20,000 nt of DNA from the NCBI GenBank assembly GCA_054600435.1, contig BAAIJX010000083.1:44265-64264 (forward strand), written 5' to 3'. This document shows, piece after piece, positions 12,360 to 20,000 of this stretch (position 1 is the stretch's first letter; each line of letters begins with the position of its first letter). The position numbers were made by a program, and so were the translations under genes. The notes below the pieces were generated by a model. It was not told the DNA's origin and did not search any database. It was given only the letters and a program-made list of their open reading frames with translations. This stretch comes from Neophaeotheca triangularis. Taxonomy: Eukaryota.

Positions 12360-12860
12360 TTTATTATTTCTCTTTCTCTCTCTTTTATCTCTCTCCCTCT
12401 ACCTCTTCCTATCTCCCTCTGTCTCTCTCTCTCCCTCTACCTCTCCCACCTTCCCTCCCTTCCTTCTATCCTTATATCTTATTACGCTAGTTAACCGCTT
12501 ACCCCCCCTCCTCTATCTCGTCGGGTAATCCGTACATACACATCCTCAATCTCGCATCCATCCATACATTACAACTGCAATCCCCTCTCCATTTCGCACC
12601 TTTCCATTAAACCTTTCCATTTAAAACGAAAACAGTCTAGTTCAGTCCATTTCACTTTCTTCTCGTTTTCTCCTCGTCTTTGTTCCCCCTCTACCCCCCA
12701 CCCTTCTGTTTTTCTCTCTTGCTTTCCTCCCTTCCCTCCCTTTCCTCGCTCTCCTCCCTTCTTACTCGTTTTCGCTTTTCGCTTTTCGTTCTTCGTTTTC
12801 CGTTTTTCCCGCCCGGTTTTTCTCGTCCCTCGCTTCTCGCTTCTCCCCGTGTCCCTTCTC
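12360..12860. repeat. Pyrimidine-rich low-complexity tracts
   Basis: Long C/T-dominated runs at 12360-12520 and 12650-12860, including (cgctttt/cgtttt) repeats. Confidence 0.8.
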
Positions 12861-12862
12861 TA

Positions 12863-13060
12863 AGTCTGAGAATCGGGGAGTGGAGAATGGGTCTGAGATT
12901 AGAGTGTAGGTGTTAAAGCTTGAAGAATAGGTCTAAGATTGGAATTTAGGTCTGAGATTGGATAATGGGTTTCTAGGACTGGACAATGGGTCAAGGATTA
13001 GAGAATGGGTGTCTAGGATGGGGAAATAGGTGTCTAGGATTAGAATTTAGGTGTCTAGGG
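12863..13060. repeat. Degenerate minisatellite, ~19-21 bp unit (approx. GTCTRRGATTRGARAATRG), ~9-10 copies
   Basis: Units seen: gtctgagattagagtgtagg, gtctaagattggaatttag, gtctgagattggataatgg, gtcaaggattagagaatgg, gtgtctaggattagaatttag. Confidence 0.8.
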
Positions 13061-13832
13061 ATGTTAGGGGCTATGGGGTGAGAAGGGGTAGTGGTGTAGA
13101 ATTAGTATTACTATTACTATTGTTAATGGGCTCGTTAGCTCATAGAGTAGTGGGTTCGTGGGGATGGTTAGGTCGTGGGAATGGATAGCTAGGGTGCTGT
13201 TACTTATGGGACAGAACTTCAGATCCTTAAGCCAATACTATGGGTATGAGGATGGTTGTGGATGGGGTTGTAGACGTGGTCATGACTTTGGATAAGAAGC
13301 TAGGGGTGCGAGCGAGAGTGGGCTGGTAGGGGTTTGTCTGTTACAGGGTACTATGGGTTTTTAGGGGCTTACTTGAATAGTTATGAGTTGATTGAGCAAT
13401 TGGTGCTGACTTTTATTTACTTTGTTCTGGGTTTAGTATTCGTTCACGGCAAAATATCACATCTCAGGCTTGATACAAGTACGAGCAGGCTTTCGTGGAT
13501 AGTCGTTGATCGTGATGGTTGGACTAGAGCAAGTTGGAGAGACGACTGCATTGCTGTGTCGTGTTTGGACCGCTATGCTCTTTTTAGGAGCTCATCTCGT
13601 CTCTACCTTATGTTCAACATACTCACATTTGCCATTCTTCCAGTGTTGTGGATTCGTTCGATAGGGTCGCACTCAAACTCGAACCCTTGGAAAAATTGCC
13701 TCGGTGTTTGGCTTATTTGAACTCAAATTGTTGTCGAATCAAATCAGCCATCTACGATTGGCTGACCGTGACGTCGACTTCATATCGAAGTCGTGGTCCA
13801 ACAAGTCAGACGAGACGAAAGTTGAACATTGA

Positions 13833-15083
<1,251 letters not shown>

Positions 15084-16315
15084 ATAGAAGTACTTTTGGG
15101 AGGCTTCGAGTGGGTTGAGTCCGGGATTGTGGGGCGACTGGATGTTTGTTCTCAAGACCAGCGATATAGAAGAGGGCATGAGATGAGATTCTGGGGAAGT
15201 GGGAGAAACAAAAGAGGGGGGAAATTGGCTCAGTAGTCCACGAGAGGGGATACCGCCCTCGATTTGTCGCTTTCCCTGCCTCCCGCTCTGGACAAAAGCC
15301 TGCCCAGGTTGCTTTTTCGCCTTTCTGAAAGCCCCTCGACGCGAGAGTAGAATCAGAGAGGTCTACGATTCGCAATGGCATGAAGAGAGAACGCTCTTTC
15401 ATACCAATGGGCTAGTTCAAACAAACGCCGGAAACCAAAATCAACGCCGGAAATAAACTCGACGGCCTCTAGGCCATCCAAGTCGAAATTGGAGTCCATG
15501 GGTTGGGTGTATTTAACATTACAAAGCCTTGCGACGGCGGGTGAACAAGAGTCGGAAGCCTATAAAAGAAGGGTACAGCGGATTGTTAAAGTTACAAGCC
15601 AACCAAGTGCTGCTCCTAGTACTGTAAGGCGTTCAGGAGGATACAAGCCAAGTGTATGATTCGCGTTGAGCTACGATAGATGCAGGAGAAGATCAAATTC
15701 CCTTCGTTTTGATTTGTTCCCGACTCCATACGCTTTTGTGAGCTCCCTGTCGTTGTGTACTGTACTGAATATGCTGTTATTGACGTGAACTGCTTGCTAC
15801 TGAAGGGCTAAGCTGAGACAGCTTCCATAGCAGCTCGGAGGGATCTCGTTACGGGTTCGAAAATTTTTGCCTATACCAACAAGTGAAGTGACCTTGCGTG
15901 ACATCTATTCCAACACGAAGCGGCAATGTCTTCCAACCCGTTCCTTATACCAGTACTCTCGATATGTAATGTGCATGTAACCTCAGCCACCCAGCCGAGG
16001 CGAATCGCAAATGGCCAGAGCGCGTCCCGCGTCCCAAACAGGCTAGTGGTAAACAACATATAGCGTCCCTGTCTCGCGACTGCATTGCATTACCGCGAGC
16101 TGTGCCAACAACGTGCCTGTCTCCCTCTACCAAACAATCGCCAACCGATCCAAATCCAGCAGCGACTCCAAAAGCATCGCTACCTACACACCGCTCACGG
16201 CTCCCGAGTCCCTTGCCATCGCCCCTGGCCAGTCTGTCGGTTAAACCGCAACCTCGTGCACGGGAGCGCGACGAGTAACGGAAACGAAAACGAAAACGAA
16301 AACGGAAACGAGACC

Positions 16316-19000
16316 ATGGGCCGCGTCACTCGCGCCAAAGCCGCGCAAGTTGCCGAAGAGAGGCAGATGGAAGCTGATGCTGTTCTTGAGCTTCCGAATG
16401 AGAATGGAGGGGGTGATGAGACTGCTGTTGCGGTGACGCCGCAGAAAGCGGGGAGTGAGGAGAGGAGGCCGCTGGAGGAGGTTGCGCCGAATAGTGCTGA
16501 GAGTGGTAAGGCCGCTGCTGCTGCTTCTGCTGCTGAGGAGGGGGAGGCTGGGGAAGAGGATGTGGGGGCTGAGGGGGAGGTGCAGGAGGGTGAGGGTGCG
16601 AGGAAGAGTAAGAGGGGGAGGAAGGGGAGGGGTGGGAAGGGGAAGAAGGCCGGGGTTGAGGGAGCTTGGGGGGAGCTGGGAAATGAGGATCAGATGGGGG
16701 AGGATGTTGTGCGTGAGCAAGAGGGTGGGGTCGGTGCGGAGGCTGCTACGAGGATTGAGGATGAGACTGCCAGAAGGGATGACGTGGAGCTGGTTTCTGA
16801 AGGTACGTTTGGTGTGGCGAGAAAGGCGGTGGTTGAGAAGGATGGAAGCTTACGTTGTACAGCTATGAGTGGCCTGCAGATGTCGCCGAAGGCGAGGGAA
16901 TCCAATGTTGCGGACGAGGCTGCCTCAACTGCACCTTTGCCTGCAGTACAAGAGCAGACTTCTGAAATTGTGGAGTCCACGGAGACAAAGCCAGATGACA
17001 TCGTAATTGAGGATGCTGCGAGTACACAGAAGTCGACGGCGCAACCGGAACCTGTACGCTCAGCTTCGCCACCTCCTACAGCTACACCGAAAGCTATCGA
17101 ATCTCTTCGCAAAGATACTCCGGCCAAGCGATCCACTAGCAACAAGGAGAATGTGGAGCCAGTAGAAGTTCAGTCACCAACACCAGCTGCATCTGAGACG
17201 CCCGAGCCGCACTCAAGTCTAGATGCCTTGATGGCCGCACCTGCTGAAGCTCAGCCCGAGACCCCAGAGACCCCAGAGACAGTCGCAGAGCCCACCCAGA
17301 CAGCAAAAGAAGATCCAGCACCTCAAGAACCAAATATCTCCACGGACTCCCCAGAAAAAGCCCTCGACAAAGTCGATTCTGACTCAGCCACGCCAGCACA
17401 ACCAGAGACTGCAAAGCCCTCCACCAAACTCAAGCGCGCCCCTAGCGTTCGCACGACAAAAGCCAGCCAAGCACGCATCTCACTTGCACAAGGCGCGAGA
17501 TCAGAAGCAGAAAAAGGTCCCGCGCTTGGGAGGAGTAGCTCAGTCAGACAATCGAACGCGCTCGGCCGCTCGAATTCGATCCGAAACTCCACAGGACCAC
17601 AGTCTTCTGCTCTCGGCCACTCGACCTCGGTCAGACAGTCTACAGCACCCCAAGCGTCTGCTCTCGGCCGATCAAGCTCAGTCAGACAATCTACATCGAC
17701 CAGACCACGTACCGAAGCGCTCTCAACCTCGCGTCGCGCTCCCTCCGACAAGACCAACACTTCTAAACCCACAACCTCCGACTCGATGGCTAGCAAATCA
17801 CAAGACAACGAAACCAAACCTTCCTCCACCACAACCCAGCCCAACAGCAAGCGCTTTCCCACACCCCCACCACCGCCCAAGTCCAAAAAGCCACCCACAA
17901 CCTCCAGCTTCCAACTCCCAGGCGAGGCTGTGGCAGCAAAACTCAAAGCCGCCCGCGAAGAGAGAATGAAAAAAGAAGAAGCCGAAGCAGAGAAGAAACC
18001 GGCGCCTTTCAAAGCGCGTCCTGCCCCTGCTATGGGAGCCGGTGGGTTAAAGAAGAGTGCGAGTGTAAGACAAACGGCTAGCAGCCGCGCTCGTGAGTCG
18101 ATGGCTGGGGCGAAAGAAGGCGAGGCTGGTGTTTCAGGACACAAGAGGGCCAAAACCGCGCTGGCTGGTTCATCCTCTACTACTCCCTTCTCCGCCTCCA
18201 CAACCACAAGACCTACACCACCGGTTTCCAAACGCGTGAGCAGTGTGGGCAAACCGCCCACTTCGATGTCGACTTCAACCAAAGCGACCGCAACCGCCCC
18301 TGCGCGCATCAGCATCAAACCCTCTATCCCGCCCCCAACCGACTCGAACAAAAACGGCCTCTCAATCTCCAAACGCCCGTCCACGGTCCACGCCTCATCC
18401 ACCAAACCTGCAGCCACAGACTCATCAACAAACTCCAAAGCCCGCGTCTCCTCTCTCACGACCCGCAACCCCAGCAGCAGCAACAACCGCATCACTTCCA
18501 CAGGCTCCAGCACGGCCAAAGGCAAGGAAGTCTACTCACGCTCCGCGCTTGCCAAGAGCGCTGCGGAGAAGGAGAAGAAGGAGAAAGAGGAGGCTGCTAA
18601 AGCTGCTAGGCTTGCTGCCGCTGCTAGGGGGAGGGAGTTGAGTCGAGAGTGGGCGGCCAAGCAGAAGGAGAGGAAGAATGGGGGTAAGGGCAGGAGTGGG
18701 GAGGGGAAGTCTGAGGGTACAAAGGGGGTGAGTGCTGATGCTAGGGTTGATGGTGCTAGGATTGTGCCTGTTGCGGAGGATGCTGAGGAGGTAAGCGGTG
18801 GTGATCAGAATGGTGCTGATGCGCTCGAGGCTGGCTCGGAAGTCCAGGCGGATGCTGGTGCTGTGCCTGCTGCTGATGGCGCTGTTGCCGATGTTTCGAT
18901 GACCGATGCCCCCACTGCGACCGAGGCCGAAGAAGCCGGTATCGAGGGTGCGGCAACCTCACCGCTACCGACGGCCGAGGGCGCTGCTGTCGCCGCTTAA
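16316..19000 (+). CDS. Large intrinsically disordered protein with an acidic N-half and a basic Ser/Thr/Pro-rich C-half; putative cell-cycle-regulated microtubule-associated protein; possible in-frame intron 16803-16862
   Basis: Long ORF. The first true ATG in good context is ACCATGG at 16316 (the ORF-track start at 16085 is TTG). Motifs: RRPLEEVAPN, NKENVEP, KSKKPPTTSSFQLPGEAVAAKLKAAREER, FKARPAP, KGKEVY..KEEAAKAAR..AAARGRELSREWA. Function is inferred. Confidence 0.8.
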   Translation: MGRVTRAKAAQVAEERQMEADAVLELPNENGGGDETAVAVTPQKAGSEERRPLEEVAPNSAESGKAAAAASAAEEGEAGEEDVGAEGEVQEGEGARKSKRGRKGRGGKGKKAGVEGAWGELGNEDQMGEDVVREQEGGVGAEAATRIEDETARRDDVELVSEGTFGVARKAVVEKDGSLRCTAMSGLQMSPKARESNVADEAASTAPLPAVQEQTSEIVESTETKPDDIVIEDAASTQKSTAQPEPVRSASPPPTATPKAIESLRKDTPAKRSTSNKENVEPVEVQSPTPAASETPEPHSSLDALMAAPAEAQPETPETPETVAEPTQTAKEDPAPQEPNISTDSPEKALDKVDSDSATPAQPETAKPSTKLKRAPSVRTTKASQARISLAQGARSEAEKGPALGRSSSVRQSNALGRSNSIRNSTGPQSSALGHSTSVRQSTAPQASALGRSSSVRQSTSTRPRTEALSTSRRAPSDKTNTSKPTTSDSMASKSQDNETKPSSTTTQPNSKRFPTPPPPPKSKKPPTTSSFQLPGEAVAAKLKAAREERMKKEEAEAEKKPAPFKARPAPAMGAGGLKKSASVRQTASSRARESMAGAKEGEAGVSGHKRAKTALAGSSSTTPFSASTTTRPTPPVSKRVSSVGKPPTSMSTSTKATATAPARISIKPSIPPPTDSNKNGLSISKRPSTVHASSTKPAATDSSTNSKARVSSLTTRNPSSSNNRITSTGSSTAKGKEVYSRSALAKSAAEKEKKEKEEAAKAARLAAAARGRELSREWAAKQKERKNGGKGRSGEGKSEGTKGVSADARVDGARIVPVAEDAEEVSGGDQNGADALEAGSEVQADAGAVPAADGAVADVSMTDAPTATEAEEAGIEGAATSPLPTAEGAAVAA
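17522..17697 (+). repeat. Four tandem coding repeats ALG(R/H)SxS(V/I)R(Q/N)S
   Basis: ALGRSSSVRQSN / ALGRSNSIRNSTGPQSS / ALGHSTSVRQSTAPQAS / ALGRSSSVRQSTS; the DNA repeats gctctcggcc and cagtcagacaatc are visible. Confidence 0.85.
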
Positions 19001-19574
19001 GCTCTGTCTCTGACTCGCAAGGACTACGAGCTAGAGTTCTGGAGAATTGCCTTGCTCAAGGACATCAAGAGAGTGTGTATTGGCTACCATGACCTTCTCT
19101 GGTCATCCGTGAGGCATACGTCTAGCACAAGGGCATTTTTTCATTCAGGACGAGCATGGAAAGCCTGAGCAGTCGGATGGGGGTCTGAATAGTCTTTTTG
19201 GGAAGGAATAGCATTGGCGCTGGAGGCACGTGGGAGGGAACGGGCGCTTGGTGTACTGTACTACCTGTTGGCGCCTTCTTGTAGTATTCATAGCTTCTCT
19301 AAATGATTCAACTACCCTCGGAATTCTTACAAAAAGTCTGGGACGCAGAGGGCGATAGTTCAAGGCCAAACAAAGCCGGCACGCGTACGAGGTTCCGCTT
19401 TGCCCTCCATCAGTGTGAATCGATCAAGAACTTGGTAGCCCCTACACGACCGACCGACCGAGCACGATATTCGACTAGCAATAACCCAACCCCTACACCC
19501 GCCTCACCAACTCTCTACAGCCGACAGCCGACACTTGCCACGCCGCTTAATTAGGCTTTCCGGGCCCAAACCCA

Positions 19575-19865
19575 TCATCGTCCCGGGATAACCCACCTTC
19601 TCGACCGCGCGATCGACTTTGTAGTTCTAGCACGCCCCGAGCGTCCCGCCATTCGCCTGCCTGCCTGTCGCCTCACAGCAAGCATCACTAGCGGTCGCTT
19701 GATAACAGGGACTGATTTCAGGGAGACGGGGAATGGGCTTGCTTCTCGTTGGCGGTAGGGTCTCGCATCATGCATGTTCCCTCGCTGCTTGGTCGCGGTC
19801 GGCCGGCTTTTTGTCTGCCTCTCCGGGCGGTGGGTTGTGTTACTTTTTCCATCGGTCTTGGGCAT
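19575..19865 (-). CDS. Possible small basic protein (96 aa), unverified
   Basis: ATG in ATCATG context downstream of a C-rich leader (19870-20000 on the minus strand). No recognisable domain. Confidence 0.2.
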   Translation of the reverse strand: MPKTDGKSNTTHRPERQTKSRPTATKQRGNMHDARPYRQREASPFPVSLKSVPVIKRPLVMLAVRRQAGRRMAGRSGRARTTKSIARSRRWVIPGR

Positions 19866-20000
19866 GATGGAGATGGCGGGAGGGTGGGGTGAGTGAGTCT
19901 TGGGTCTGAGGGGTGGGTAGGTCGATCTTGGGGACTGGTTTTTTGCTTCTGGGAGGAGTGGGGGGTGGCAGGCGATGGAGGAAGTTTTCGAAAGGGGGGG

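Noticed and set aside
12863..13060. CRISPR-like repeat array
   Set aside because: Units are contiguous and degenerate with no unique spacers, in a eukaryotic context; this is a minisatellite.
16085..16315. 77 aa N-terminal extension of the 971 aa ORF
   Set aside because: Starts at TTG and includes an (AACGAA)n repeat typical of a 5' UTR; the ATG at 16316 has good context.
17323..18525. 400 aa antisense ORF, and similar antisense or alternate-frame ORFs inside SEC23, HEM2 and the symporter
   Set aside because: Shadow ORFs of real coding sequence with biased codon usage.

Overview
This window is eukaryotic, most likely from a filamentous ascomycete (Pezizomycotina), judging by short GT-AG introns with CTRAC branch sites and fungal-type genes. 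Protein genes in order: the 5' part of an NCBP3/DUF2414-like RNA-binding gene (minus strand, absent from the ORF track), SEC23 (2 exons), a DAACS/SLC1-family dicarboxylate/amino acid:cation symporter (3 exons), HEM2 (ALA dehydratase, intronless), and a large disordered protein with D-box, KEN-box and FKARP motifs. Simple repeats fill 7.4-8.1 kb and 11.8-13.1 kb. The most notable feature is a ~1.6 kb non-coding stretch at ~936-2565 on the minus strand. By manual pairing it folds into a closed multi-arm RNA with paired 5' and 3' ends. It has TATA boxes upstream, and an Sm-like site plus a 5' splice-site-like motif at the 3' end. This layout resembles fungal telomerase RNA, but the only template-like segment I found (CCUUACCCU) would encode a non-canonical TAAGGG-type repeat. 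All RNA pairings were found by eye and are not computed.
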